From Thecamonas trahens ATCC 50062 (taxonomy: Eukaryota > Protista > Apusomonadida): a stretch of DNA of 64,000 nt. Both the position numbers and the translations under genes were made by a program. How positions within the stretch are numbered: position 1 is the stretch's first letter; each line of letters opens with the position of its first letter. The stretch spans positions 124,001-188,000 of the forward strand of contig NW_013657677.1 in the NCBI RefSeq assembly GCF_000142905.1. The letters are read 5' to 3'. Shown piece after piece: positions 47,807 to 60,500 of this stretch. The notes under the pieces were generated by a model. That model was not told where the DNA came from. It searched no databases and saw nothing but the letters and a program-made list of their open reading frames with translations.

Positions 47807-49479
47807 TTAGTCGATGGTCCACTCGCGGACGCCCTTCATGCCACGGCGCAAGTCGACGACCTTGAGCTGGAGCGGCTTGGCGGCGACCATGACGTGGCGG
47901 GCGTGGTCGTAGATCTTGATGTGCGACGGGTGCGGGTGGAAGCCGGTCTTGCGGCACTGCTGGACGGTCTTGAGGCCGCGCGGCGTGGTGAGCTGGAAGA
48001 TGCCGTAGTTGGGGCGGTACTTGGGCGCCATGACGATGGCGATGGCCTCGGGCAGCATCGACTGGTACGCACAATGTGTGTGGACATCGACCGACGACAT
48101 AAAGCACTGCTGGGTCGGGTGGGTGTGGATCCATCCCAGCGTGAGGAGGTCATGCGTCATCTGGTACTCCCACAGCGACTCCTCGTCGGTGGTGTGGACC
48201 GTGTCAGTGGTGGCTTCCTGGGCCGGGATGATGAGCGTAGTGATGTAGAGAACATTCGAGACGCAGACGCCGGCAAGGATGCCGCAGAACTCGAGTGCCC
48301 GCTTGGTATTGGGCTGCGCCACACGGAGGAACTCGCCCATCATCGAGTTGCATACAACCACATTGCGGAAAACGTCCTTTTCCTTTCGCTTACGCCGCTT
48401 CGGCTTGGCCTTGGCAGGTGCCACCGCAGGCGCAGACGCAGGCGCTGCGCGCGGAGGCGCCGCGCGTGCGGGCACTGCCGCTGTGGAGGCTGCAGCGGCG
48501 GATGCAGCGGCGGCGGCGGCGGCGGCGGCGGCGGCACGCTCGCGCTCGGCTGCAAGAGCAGTCTCGAGCTTGGCCAGTTCAGCCTCTTGGTGCGCAATGC
48601 GAGCGCGAGCCGCCTCTTGCTCAAGCTCCTGCTGCCGCAGCTTGGAAATGTACTCTTGTTGCTTGGCGTGCGGAATGTACGGCTCGATGTCGGTCACCGA
48701 CATCGACTCGGCGTCGGGATAGACCCGAGCGGCAGCAGCCGCTGCCGCCGCTGCCGCCGCTGCCACCGCTGCCGCAGCGTCTGCAGCTTCATCGCAAACG
48801 ACAGCAGCAGCAGCAGCGGGCGCGCTCGCAGCGAACGCAGACGACGCCACCGGAGACGCCGCCGCTGCCGTGCCGTATGAAGTGCCTATGCTCAGCCGGG
48901 CCCGCATCTGCGCGAGTGTCAACTGCGGAGCCGCCGCTGGAGGCGCACCGCTTGCGCCTGCAGATGCGCCGGCAGCCTCGGCCTCGGCCGCGTCGGCTGC
49001 ATCCGCCGCGTCAGCGGCGGCGGCGAGCTCGTACGCGCGGGCGAGAACCTTGTGCAGCGCCTCGAGGTCAGCCAGCGCTGCCATGGCCCGCGCGCGGAAC
49101 TCCTTGCGCTCCTTGGTGTACCGCGGGTTCTTGTACTCGTCATGGCCGGGCAGGTGCGAGACACAGAGGCTGTGGAGAACAGGGAGGAGGGAAGGTGTGA
49201 GTGTGCCTGACAAGGAAGGTGGCGGGAAGGGGGGGTATGACAAGAGCAGCACACGTACGTTGTGAACCGCAGTAAGTAGATGTACTGGTACTCGTAGTTC
49301 TCTTCGAGGCCATACGAGTCAGCCAGGAGCTGCAGCTGTGCTGCGGTGCGGTAGTAGTGCTTGAGCGAGACTGCCGAGTCGATCGGTGGCGGCTTGGCCC
49401 GCTCCTTGAGTTCGTCGATGTCGTCGAACGCTAGTTCCTGGGCGACCTGTTCCGGGTCGGGACCCCTGGTTGCCGCCAT
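47807..49479 (-). CDS. STAMBP: AMSH/STAMBP-like JAMM deubiquitinase; exons 49479-49259 and 49169-47807
   Basis: N-terminal USP8-dimer/MIT-like region (YYRTA...YIYLLRF...LP.H.EY). MPN+ domain with EFCGILAG and GWIHTHPTQQCFMSSVDVHTH. Confidence 0.92.
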
Positions 49480-49879
49480 GTCACGGCTCGTAGGTGGGCG
49501 GGGGGCGGCACAAGAGGGTGGGGAGTGATACGGAGGGTGAGGTGCGGTCTTGGGGGTCAAGTGTTCCGAAGTTGGCTGCCCGGAGTTCAGCGGCGCGGGG
49601 CGATGGCTAGAAGAGCGACTTGGCAGCGCCGCGCATGCGACTCTTGATGCCGTCAAGTGCCGCAGTACAACCAGTGAGCAGGCCTGTGGGTGGGCGATAT
49701 TGGGATCGGAACCATGGACGATGGATGTGAGTGTAGGAGGGGGGATGGAAGGTGGCGATGGACCGATCCAAGCTGTGTGGCGGAGGATGGGGAATGGTTC
49801 TCACATGTGGCGGGGACGGGCCCCGCGGCGGCGGGCGCACGGGGCGGGTTGTCGACTATTCTGGGCGCTACAGTAGAGC

Positions 49880-50185
49880 TATGAGTCTGCCAAGCAACTT
49901 GCTAGATTGCATACAGTATAGATAACCAGCAAGTGTGCTTGACATGGAACTGGTGTGTGTATAACGAGTTCACGGGCAGCCGAGGGAGAATCGGGTGATT
50001 TTGGACTCCAGAGTAATTTCTATGTGCCAGCTATATAAATATATAAATATGGTATTAAAATAATATATGTGTATAGGTCAAAAGCTAATTTGGGTAATTT
50101 ACGACAAGAAAACGTATACATTTATGTAAAAGTAATATTTTTAGTCGGTTGGGTGCCATTTGTTCTCTGTTTTTTATGTTTTCAT
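49880..50185. promoter_or_regulatory. AT-rich island in a divergent intergenic region
   Basis: TATATAAATATATAAATATGGTATTAAAATAATATATG... is the only strongly AT-rich stretch in the window. Confidence 0.5.
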
Positions 50186-50316
50186 CTCCAACAAACCGGG
50201 ATCACCGCGTGACGTGCCGCCAACGGCGGCACGTAGCCCGAGGCCGCACGCACCAGCCCGGAACAGTGACCTCGTCTTTCATGTATTCTCCTCTCCCCAC
50301 GAACAAGAGACGGAAC

Positions 50317-52877
50317 ATGCACGTGCTCACCCTTCTCGTGCTACTGGCTCTCTCCTTGTCCCTGGCTCTCCCCACCGTGGCCGACTCGGTCATCGGCGCT
50401 AACCCCGCCATGCGCCAAGCATGGCTGGACCGTACGTGCATCACCCTTTTTCCGCATTGGCAATGACCCCTTTTTTCGCACCCCACTCACAGCACGTCAC
50501 CCACCTATACAGGCCACAACGCATGGCGCGCCGACCGCGGAGTCCCACCCGTGGTCTGGGACGAGACCATTGCTGACTATGCCCAGAGCTGGGCTGACAC
50601 GTACGTTCTTTCGAGTGGTAGAGGGCGCAGAATGGGTGGGCGTGTGTGGCTGAGCGGCGGTGGAGCGTGAACCAACCAACCCAGCACTAACCCGCAAAAC
50701 CGAGGGCCTCCTCCATGTGCAGATGCCCGAGCGGACACTCCAACTCGTACGCAAGCGGCTATGGCGAGAACATGTGCTTCAACTCGCAGACTGAGGACGA
50801 GGGATGCGTCGACCGCTGGGGCTCGGAAAAGGCCAACTGGGACTGCCCGTCGAACACCTGTCCGGGTGGCGTTTGCGGCCACTACACCGCCATCATGTGG
50901 TCGCGCGATCCTCACCCCAACAGGATCGGCTGTGCAGTGAAGAGCGGATGCCCTGGCTGGTACTCGGTCGCCGTTTGCAACTACTCGCCGCCCACCAACT
51001 ACATTGGACAGCGCCCGTTCCCGGTCTCCCAGTGCAACCCTGCCCCGACGCCGTCGCCGACCCCATCGCCGACTCCGGCTCCCACTCCGGCCCCGACTCC
51101 GGCTCCCACTCCGGCCCCGACTCCGGCCCCGACTCCGGCCCCGACTCCGGCCCCGACTCCGGCCCCGACTCCGGCCCCCACTCCGGCCCCCACCCCGGGC
51201 CCCACTCCGGCCCCGACCCCAGGCCCCACTCCGGCTCCATCTCGCCCCTGTGGCCCTTGCGCACCTGCCAAGTCGTGCTCCAACCTTGGCCGGTGCTGCG
51301 ACGACAAGTGCGAGTGCAACTTCGGCTTCCAGCCCGACTCGGCAGCTCGCGACGACTGCGTGCCGACTCCACAAATCAAGGTCTGGGCTGGCACGCCGGC
51401 ATCGCCGATCTCGTCGACGTCTTCGTCTGTGTTTGGCGGGCACTTTGCTCTGTTTGAGTACCATCCGTTTTCTAGCAGCGACGCCGCGCGCCGGCGGCTG
51501 CTGCAGCAGGGCGGTGGGAACGCGCCCGAGGAGATGATGATCTTGGTTTCGCCGCAGGGTGTCCCTGCGACCACCGTCACTGTTTACATGAGGAAGGGAG
51601 GCACGCCCGCCTCACCGACGGCCTACGATGCCATCTCGACCCTCAGCAACGACGGCAACGCGCAGGTGATTCGCTGGATGCCGGCGTCGACCGACCCCGA
51701 CAGCATCATGATGGTGACCGTGACGAGCGAGAACGACGCCACGTTCACGATGTCGGTCGCACCGTCCTCGGTCGCTGCCGGTGTGAGCTCGGCCACCAGT
51801 GGGCGCATCATTTCAAGCTCGCCGCCCGATGAGGGCGTGACTGATAAGTCCTGGTTCCTCGCTGTCATTGCTCTTGGCGCCGTAGTGGTCCTCGGCGCTG
51901 CCGCCGCTGTCGCTCTCGTCGCTTATCGCAAGTCTCAGGACACTGGCTTCCGCGGCAACGACTTTTACACGTCGGCTGTCGACTTTGTGCCGGCGAGCAA
52001 CGCCAGTCACGGCGCTGGATCATTTGCCTCGCTTGGCGCAGGCACCGAGCTCGCCCCGCTGCCGATCGTCTCGGCGCCACTGCCGCCGACCAAGTCGGCA
52101 TCCAGCGGCAAGCGCGTCGTCAAGTTTGCTTACCGTGCCACAGCTGCTGACGAGCTTTCCTGCGAACGAGGTGACGTCATCCAAGTTCTGGAAGAGTACG
52201 ACGACGGCTGGATGCTTGGCCGCCTGCCGAACGGCCGCGAAGGCGTCCTCCCGCTCTCGTACACCGAGGTCAAGGCTTCTGCTGGCGCCTCCACAGCCGC
52301 GCGTCGCGCGCCGCCGCCGCTGACTCCCGTCGTGGCTCCCGCCGCGACTCCGGCTGCTCCGATGTCGCTTCCTCCGCCGCTGCAAGCCAAGAAGGCCCCG
52401 GTTGTCGAAAAGGTGGCCAAGTTTGCGTTTTCCGGCTCGGCAAACGATGAGCTCACTTTTGCGCCCGGCGACCGCATCGAGGTTCTGGAACAGTACGACG
52501 ACGGGTGGGGCCTTGGCCGCATCGTCGGCACTTTGGGAGAGGGAGCGTTCCCCCTCTCCTACGTCAAGGACGCTCCCAAGCTACCGCGCCCGCCTGCATC
52601 GACTTCGTCCAAGCCCAAGCCAACCCCAGCCCCGGCCCCAGCCCCGGCCCCAGCCCTGATGCAGTTTCCCAAGCTTAGGCCAACGCCCAAGTCGGCGCCC
52701 AAGACGGCACCAAAGCCAGCACCCAAGCCGACCTCGGCGCCAAAGCCTCTGCCAAAGCCTCTGCCAAAGCCTCTGCCAAAGCCCAAGCTCAAGCCGGCCC
52801 CTATGGGCGGCGTCAGTGGCCGCGGCCCGCGGCCCAAACCCAAGCCCAAGCCCAAGCCGAAGCCGGGCCACTGGTAG
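50317..52877 (+). CDS. Type I membrane protein: signal, CAP/SCP(PR-1) domain, Pro-Thr stalk, Cys-rich EGF-like module, TM, two SH3 domains, Pro/Lys tail; exons 50317-50431, 50513-50600, 50723-52877
   Basis: HNAWRA...[15 protein letters not shown]; YGEN; GHYTAIMW...IGCA...[34 protein letters not shown]. Two SH3 domains of the form FAY/F...DEL...GD.I.VL..YDDGW...G..P.SY. Confidence 0.9.
51040..51240 (+). repeat. 12-nt coding tandem repeat encoding (PTPA)n
   Basis: CC(G/C)ACTCCGGC(C/T) repeated about 16 times. Confidence 0.9.
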
Positions 52878-52931
52878 CCACACTCACACCCCCGCTCTCT
52901 CCCTCTTCTTCACAAACTCCTTCTCCTGTCA

Positions 52932-53926
52932 TCATCCCTGTAGCCGCAGCTCCCGCAGATACGAGGCCATATAAAACCAGTCGCCGCCGCACGCTGGCAC
53001 AACCTCGACAACGTCGGGCTGCCAGCACGCCACCGCCGCCATCGTCACCTGGTCCTTGCCCACAAACCGACCCTCGCCCAAGAACCTGCCCATGAGCTCG
53101 TAGTATGCCTTGCGCCACCGTGCAATCGCCGCCGCCGTCCCACCAATGAACCCGCCGCCGACGCCGCGCTTGGAGAACGAGCCATACACTGCATCGGCGT
53201 CGGCGCACTCGGCCGAGCCGGGCACCACCGGCGCGACGCCGAGGACGAGCACCCGTCCTGCGTCAAACACTTGCGTCCGCGACGCCGCAGGCCAAGCCAC
53301 CTTGTAAAACGCCGCCCGCTCGGTGTGGTACTCGGGTCCGCGAAAGTATCCGATGTCGATCCACGCAAAGTACTGCGTGCCAAACGGGTTCTTGCGCGCC
53401 ACCTCGTCGAGCCAGGCTGTCTTTTCGTTCCAAATCATGTACAGCTCGGCCGAGTGCCCGATCTTGGCCTCGGGATCTTCATGCGCCTGTGCATGGAGCT
53501 GCTCCTGCCACTGTGCAGTGTAGAGGTCGGCAAAGCCATCGACGACGTTGACCACAATATCGGCGCCGTCTAGGCAATCCTCGCGGATGCCACGGATGAC
53601 CTCGGCCGACGCCGCGTCCGCAAACACCACCAGCGGCGACGCAATGCACACCATCGTCTCCATCCACTCGCGGTACTCTTCGATCGAGTGCTTGGCGTTC
53701 TCCAGCGCAATGTACGACGTCACAAGCGTCGTGATGTGCTGCGGGATGTTGCGCGGCACAGCCGGCGCAGCCGCTGCGTACACCGAGCACGGCTCAAACG
53801 GCGCGTGCACCGGCCCGCCCGCGAGTGACGCCAGCAGTGCCACAACAACCACGCCCACCGCGACCGTGTACGCGTGTGCACTCGTCCACCCTGCTCGCCG
53901 CACTTCCCCGTCTCGCCCTCTAGCAT
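52932..53926 (-). CDS. HtrL/YibB-family putative glycosyltransferase with N-terminal membrane anchor; probable frameshift just after the start
   Basis: TLVTSY; LYMIWNEK..WL..V...NPFGT.YFAWIDIGYFR; GGGFIGG; GKDQ. The nearest ATG (53926) needs one extra base near 53917. Confidence 0.7.
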
Positions 53927-54046
53927 GGTCGAGTCGTGCCAAGTCGAGTGCAGTCGCGCCTCTCCCCCACACACACACCTTCACTCCCCAGCCACCGAAC
54001 TCTCCCACGTCACCCCACCTCTCCCCCTTCTCCTCTCGCAAACCCC

Positions 54047-54905
54047 ATGCTCAGCATGCTTGCTGTACGGACAGGAGTCGCGGCCGCCGTCCGTCTGGCC
54101 AGACTCTCCACTGCGGCCACGGCCGCGAGCGACTCGCCGCATGCGCTCCCGCTTGCCGAGCTCGCCGACGACCATCGGGCCTGGCTGGCACGATCGGACG
54201 AGGTCCTTCGGTCGCCGTCGACGAACTCGACGGACTACCTAAGTTCCGCGACCTCTCGCCGCAAGTTCACTCGGCGGTCGGCATCCTGCTCTGCGAAAAG
54301 GCGTCTGCGCCGCACCTCCTGCTCCTGCATCGCGCCGCCCACATGCGCTCGCATCCGAACCAGCTCTCGCTCGTCGGTGGCCGCCGCGACAACGAGGACG
54401 CGTCTCTGGCAGAGACACTTGTGCGCGAAGCCGAGGAAGAGATCGGCGTTATCCGCGGCGGCGAGCACGCCCTGCGCCTCCACGGCGCGCTCCCAGTCGT
54501 CTACCCGTCGCTGGCCGGCCTCGCCGTCGGTGTCTTTGCCGGTTCGCTCCATCACGGCGACTGGAACGTTGCCGCCGACGAGTCGCAAGCTTTGCTCGAA
54601 ATCCCGCTCGCAGATCTGGTTCGTCCGGACGCTATGGTCGTCGAGAGCATCCAGGGCTACCCCGGCCCTGTGTGGCACCTGGGCATCGACGGTGTGGACG
54701 TCCCGCTGTGGGGCCTCACTGCTCGCATCCTCTATGACTACTTTGTCCTTCTCGACCCCGCTGGCGCCACGACAAAGATGATGGGTTTGCCCGCCGCCCA
54801 CGCGCCAACGACATGGCTCTCGCCCGCCGCGCTCGCGTCATGGAGCGTCTGCGCGCTGCCCGCGCCGCCGCCGAAGCTGAGACCGAAGCCAAGGCCGGAT
54901 ACTGA
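54047..54905 (+). CDS. Mitochondria-targeted Nudix hydrolase, CoA pyrophosphatase (NUDT7/8-like); two probable frameshifts
   Basis: Presequence MLSMLAVRTG...RLARLS. LLHRAAHMRSHPNQLSLVGG precedes the Nudix box GRRDNEDASLAETLVREAEEEIG, then WGLTARIL. Frame changes at ~54210 and ~54770-54800; stop at 54905 is inferred. Confidence 0.75.
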
Positions 54906-55121
54906 GCCAAGGCTGTTGCCTGAGTCGACACCGTCACGTACACGCCAACACAACATCACAGAAAACCTAACACCAGCACCTGGCGTGGATGCCGTGTCCC
55001 CTCCCTCCCCCCCCTGCCCACTCCCGCAGATCCATTCCTTGCCATGCGTTCATTCGATTCCTTCTCCCCAGGCCACACCCACACTGCCTCTCACCACCCT
55101 CGCGCCACACTCGACGCGAAC

Positions 55122-56039
55122 ATGGCGGACCTGTCGTTCCTCCACGCGACCAAGGCGTCTGCCGCGCTGCCGGCACAAGAGATGGAAGAGGCGAGCTTTG
55201 CGCTGCCTGCGGTTGCCGACGTACGTTGAGGAGAGCGGGAGCAGGGCGGTGTGGGGAAGAGGCCGAGTGTGGGTGGGCGAGGGCAGCGGGTGGCGAAGGC
55301 GACCCAAAAACTGACCACCTCCTGCACACAGCCTGCCGCCTACCAGAGCCAGCTTTACGACCCGGCGTCGGCCACGCCGTTGCACATGGCACACGGAACG
55401 ACCACGCTTGCCTTTGTCTTCAAGCATGGCGTGGTGGTGGCCGTCGACTCGCGCGCCACCCAGGGCCAGTACATCGGCTCGCAGACGGTGAAGAAGGTGA
55501 TCGAGATCAACCCGTATCTGCTCGGCACCATGGCCGGCGGTGCCGCAGACTGCATGTTCTGGGAGCGCGAGCTTGGCCGCCAGTGCCGCCTCTACGAGCT
55601 CCGCAACAAGGAACGTATCTCCGTCCGCGCCGCCTCCAAGATCCTCGGCAACATTGTCTACAACTACAAGGGCATGGGTCTGTCCATGGGTACTATGGTC
55701 ACTGGCTGCGACGCCTCGGGCTTCTCGCTCTTCTACGTCGACTCGGACGGCACCCGCCTCGAGGGCCAGCGCTTCTCTGTCGGCTCTGGCTCCACCTTTG
55801 CCTACGGTGTCCTCGACTCGGGCTTCCGATGGGACATGGAGCCCGAGGAGGCCTACGACCTCGCTCGCCGCGCCATCTACCACGCTACCCACCGCGACGC
55901 GTACTCGGGTGGCCAGGTCAACCTCTACCACGTCCGCGAAGAGGGCTGGGTCAAGATCAGCGCAGACAACGTCTTTGACCTCCACTACGGCTACGCCGCC
56001 GAGGCCGCCGCTGAAGCTGACGCTGAGGCCGCCGCCTAA
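55122..56039 (+). CDS. PSMB5: 20S proteasome beta-5 subunit; exons 55122-55220 and 55332-56039
   Basis: HG|TTTLAF...[35 protein letters not shown]; [10 protein letters not shown]. Confidence 0.96.
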
Positions 56040-56422
56040 CTTGCTGATGACCCGTCCCACCCGTGGACCCGTGGCCTCCCATCTCCTCCCTCCCGCTCGC
56101 TCTCGCCCTCCCGCCAACCAACCCTCCGCCACCTCTGACCACCGACCACCCTCCATCTCCATTCTCCTCATACATCACATCCCCTACCTACCGGTTGCCT
56201 CCTACCCTCTCCCATCCGATCTTCTCTTGTCCTCAATGAACAGCAACCTGTGCCTATGCCTGCGCCTGCGCCTGAGCCTGCACGTGTCAACACAGCGCGC
56301 ACCAGCCCACGTCACGCGCCTCTCACACAACGCGCCACACCCCTCCACCCATTCCCAAAACGCCACACCCTCCCACCCCCACCCCCACCGCACCACACCA
56401 CACCACACATCCCACACACGCC

Positions 56423-57457
56423 ATGCTCCGTGCTGCCTTTGGAAGCTCTGGCCTGGAGGTCGCTGCAGAGTTCACCACCCTCACCGGCGAACCCCAGTCG
56501 ACCACGACATCACCCAACAGGCTTCCGCTCTACATTGGTGATGAGGACATCCGCGGAATGCTGTACATTACCGCTCCTTTGTCTGCGCCCGCATCTGCTG
56601 CTGAAGCAGAGCCCACATCCGCTGACATAGAGCCCTCCGACGAGCACGCGACTGACGCCGTCGCAGCCACCGCTCCGCCCGCCGCCGTCCAGTTCGTCCA
56701 CGATGGCCTGACCCTCGAGCTTGAAGGCGTGGTGACGACCACTACTGGCGATCGCATCGTCTTTCTCTCAACTTGCGTCAAACTCGCCCGCGCTGGTACC
56801 CTTGCTGCCGTGCCCGGCGGCGATCCGCTAGTCTTTGGCTTTCAGATCAACAACCTCGACAAGCCGCACGAGTCGTACGTCGGTTCCAACGTCACTGTCG
56901 CCTACCTTCTCCGCCTCGTTGCCTCCAAGCCACGCAAGCTGCTTGGTAGCGCCGGCGCTCGCGCCAAGCACGAATTCTCCATCTGGGTCGCAAACTACCA
57001 GGTCCCGCCCGAGCGCAATCCCCCTCTCGTCATCGAGTTTGGCTTTGACGACGTCCTCAAGGTTGAGCTCGAGTACGCCCAGTCCAAGTTTGCCCTCGAC
57101 GACGTCCTCGTCGGTCGCCTCTACTTTGAAACCGTCCGCATCGCCATCGACTCGATTGCGCTCTCGCTCGTCCGAGTTGAGTCGGTTGTCCACGGGCCAG
57201 GCACCCTCCGCAAGTCGCGGCCCATCTTCTACCACGAAATCACCGACGGCGCGCCCGTCCACGGCGAAGCGGTCCCCATCCGCATCTTTCTCGACGACTT
57301 TCCGCTCACCCCGACCTACAAGAACATCCACAACGTGTTCTCGGTCAAGTACGTCCTCAACATCATCGTTGTCGACGACGCTGACCGTCGCTACTTTAAG
57401 CAGCAGGAAATAGTACTCTGGCGGCCGCCGCCGGGCGACCTCATTGAACTCGAGTAG
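56423..57457 (+). CDS. VPS26: Retromer subunit VPS26-family protein
   Basis: KPHESYVGSNV.V.Y.LR; EITDGAPVHGEAVPIRIFL; LTPTYKNIHNVFSVKY.LN; DRRYFKQQEIVLWR. Confidence 0.92.
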   Translation: MLRAAFGSSGLEVAAEFTTLTGEPQSTTTSPNRLPLYIGDEDIRGMLYITAPLSAPASAAEAEPTSADIEPSDEHATDAVAATAPPAAVQFVHDGLTLELEGVVTTTTGDRIVFLSTCVKLARAGTLAAVPGGDPLVFGFQINNLDKPHESYVGSNVTVAYLLRLVASKPRKLLGSAGARAKHEFSIWVANYQVPPERNPPLVIEFGFDDVLKVELEYAQSKFALDDVLVGRLYFETVRIAIDSIALSLVRVESVVHGPGTLRKSRPIFYHEITDGAPVHGEAVPIRIFLDDFPLTPTYKNIHNVFSVKYVLNIIVVDDADRRYFKQQEIVLWRPPPGDLIELE

Positions 57458-57591
57458 CAGGCGTGTGTCCCCTCTGTGCGCCCACATCGGTCTCATGCTG
57501 TCTGCTGACGCAGGGAAGCCCATTGGCGGCGCTCGTCTAGGCTGCGGCGCTCCTCGCATCGCACCCCGTCACAGCACCTCCCATAGGGTTC

Positions 57592-60500
57592 TCACCACGA
57601 AAAGCCCATGTTGGCCGCCACCGACTCGTCGACTTCGGCAAACTCGGCCGCCATTCGCTCGCGGAACGCCGCGTCGGCCCGAGCAGCCTCCTCCTGCGCT
57701 CGCTTGAGGTGCTCGCTCTCAGTCTTAGCCAGCCGCTGCCGGATGACCCGAAAGTCGAGCGCCCCGTTCATGCCAAAGTCAATCGAGCCGCGCGACTTGG
57801 CGTTCCACACCCGCTTCTCGCTCGACGATGGCGAGAGCGACGCAATGCGCCGGTTGACCGGAGTGGCTGGCGTCGACGGCGCCGACGAGCTCGACGCCTC
57901 GCCGTTGGAGATGCTTGGCCCGCGAACCTGCGTCCGCCGCGCCTCGGCCAGGAGAGCCTCGAGCTCGACAATACGCGCGTCGCGAATGGCTACGTCTGCC
58001 TGAGCGTCTTTCAACGATCCGTTGGCCTCCTTCAGCTCGGCACGCGCGAGCGCAAGCTCACGCTGGGCCTCAGCAAGCCGCTCCTCGTGTCGCTCATCCG
58101 CATCAGCCTTAGCCTTAAGCTTGGCCTCGGCCGTCGACGCCAGCTGCTTGGCAATCATGACCTCATGCTCAAGCTTGGACTTTTCTGCCGCCGTACGTTG
58201 TGCCTTGAGCTTGGCCTGCACAAGTGCACCCTCGGTCTCCATAGCCTTGGACACCACAGCCGCAGCCTCATCGAGCGGCGCCACAGCCTCGATCGTCGCC
58301 ACTTTGCTCTTCATCGACGAGATCGTCGCCTGTAGCTCGGCAATCTGCTTGTGGAGCTCCTCATTGCGCTTGGCTGCAAGCTGTGCCACACGGCCCTGCG
58401 TTGCCCATCCGGCGCCTCCGGTCTTAGTCAGCTCATCAACTTGGTCTTGCGACGCCGACAGCGCAACCTTGGCCTCGGTCAGCTCCGCCCGCAATTCTTC
58501 AACCGTAGCCGCGTGCACCTGTCCCTCCTCCTCGAGACGCGCCTCAAGCCCAGCCACTTGCTCTTCGAGAAGCTTGACCCGCGCCGCATCGGCCTCGGCA
58601 GGCGCCAACTCCTCGGCAACCTTGCGGTTGACCTGCGACGTAAGCTCCTCGACGCGCGCGGCGAGCGCATCGCGATCGCGCTCCGCCTCTTCCATCTGCT
58701 CGATCACGCCGTCAATGTCGGTCTGTGCCTGCTCGCGGACTTCAGCGGCCTCGGCACGCACCTCAGCGAGCTCGTTCTGAAGCTCAGTCACCTGCGCCTC
58801 TACCTCGGCCTGGACCACCCCGCCGCCGCCGCCGCCCGATCCGGCCCCATCGCCAGCCTCGGCCGCCTCCAGCGCTTCCACAAGCTCGGCCTCACGTGCC
58901 GCCAACGTCTCTTGCAGCTGCTTGACCTCCGCACGGAGCTCCTGCACTGCAGACTCGTTCTGTGCGGCCTCTTGCTTCTCTGCAAGAAGATCGCTGAGCT
59001 TGGCCTGCACCTTCTCCAGCTCAGCCTCTGTCGCGTCGGTGAGCTCGGCCATGTCGGCCATGTCCTCATCCTTCTCCTCAAGCGCTGTCATAAGCTCGGC
59101 CTTGTCGTCCTCCAACGCCGCAATCTGCGCCACACCGTCGGCCACAGCGGCCTCCAGCTCGGAGATCTTAAACTGAGCCTCGTTCGCCGCCGCCTCGGCC
59201 GCTTCCTCAGCTTCGGTCATCGCTGTGTGCAGCGCCTCCATCTCCTCCTCGAGCTCCCCCACCATGGTCTGAAGCTCATCGGCCTCCTCCCTGGCCTCCT
59301 CAGCATCCGCTCGCGCGTTCTCCATCGACTCGGCCATCTCCTCCAACTCGGCATCGGCCTTGGCTTGGAGCTCTACAAGTTGCATCCGCAACTCGGCGAC
59401 CACACGCGGGTCAGCACCGCTGTCGTCATCCTCGCCGTCTTCGCCAATTTCGTCACCTTCGGCAACCGAAGGTCCTTCGCCATCGTCCTCTCCGTCCGCC
59501 TCCTCGGCCTCGGCAGGATGCACACCCGCGTTGGCCTTGTACCACGCAAGCTCTTGGCCAGCGCTGCATTGCGGAGCGTCAGCGCCTCGACTTCCTTCTT
59601 CAGCGCTTCAAGCATAGCCATCAGCTGGTCACGGGTGTACTGCCGGTTGACCTTGACGACATTGACCAGCATCTTGGCCCGCTTGGCAAACTCGAGCGTC
59701 GAAATCGTCTCCAGCAAGTTGTACCGCGCTGGCGAGCACGCTACCACCAGCGTTGTCTTGGTGTTGCCCACCAGCGAATCCTGCAGAATCCGTGTCAGCT
59801 GCGAGTCGCGGAACGGCACTTGCGGGAGCTTCTTGCGCGACGGCTTGTACTTTTGCCGCGCGCCATCGCCTCGCGCTCCCGCTCTTCTTCCTTGCGCTTA
59901 AACGCTTGGATGTCGCCAATGACCTTGATGCACCGCCCCAGTGTCGACAGCGACTGGTTGATCGACTTGGCCTCGTGCGCAGCTGCCCCGGTCGCCCCGG
60001 TCTTGGACAGCTTCTCTGAGCCGGCAAGATCCACCATGTACAGCCGCCCCTCCCGCTCCATTCGGCTTGGATCGTCACTGCTCATCTTACGAAGCTTGAG
60101 CATAAACACGCAGTGCGAGCGCGACGACTCTTGGTTCATCTTGGTCGCCGCCTGCGCACGCGCCATCTCGCCTTTGACAATCAGCTCGTACACCTCGTTG
60201 ATGGTGTGCACGCGCTCCTCGTGGAGGTCACGGACGTAGACCTGCTTCTGTCCGTTCTCCATCTTCTCCATCACCTTGAGGTCCTTGCCTGCTGTGTTGA
60301 TCAGGTCGTTGATCCGCTCGTTGTACAGCTCCAGATACGAGACATACACCTGCCACACGTTCTTCTTGTCGTTGGTCACCATCTCCAGGATGTCCATGCA
60401 TGCCCGCGGAATGATTCCTCGAAGCGACGCGTCGCCAATTCGCGGGCCAAACATCGAGAACGTCTTGCCCGACCCGGTCTGTCCGTACGCAAACAACGTG

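Noticed and set aside
53548-55314. 588-aa ORF taken as one protein
   Set aside because: Only the middle part is the Nudix domain. The 5' part is antisense to the HtrL-like gene and the 3' part runs into PSMB5.
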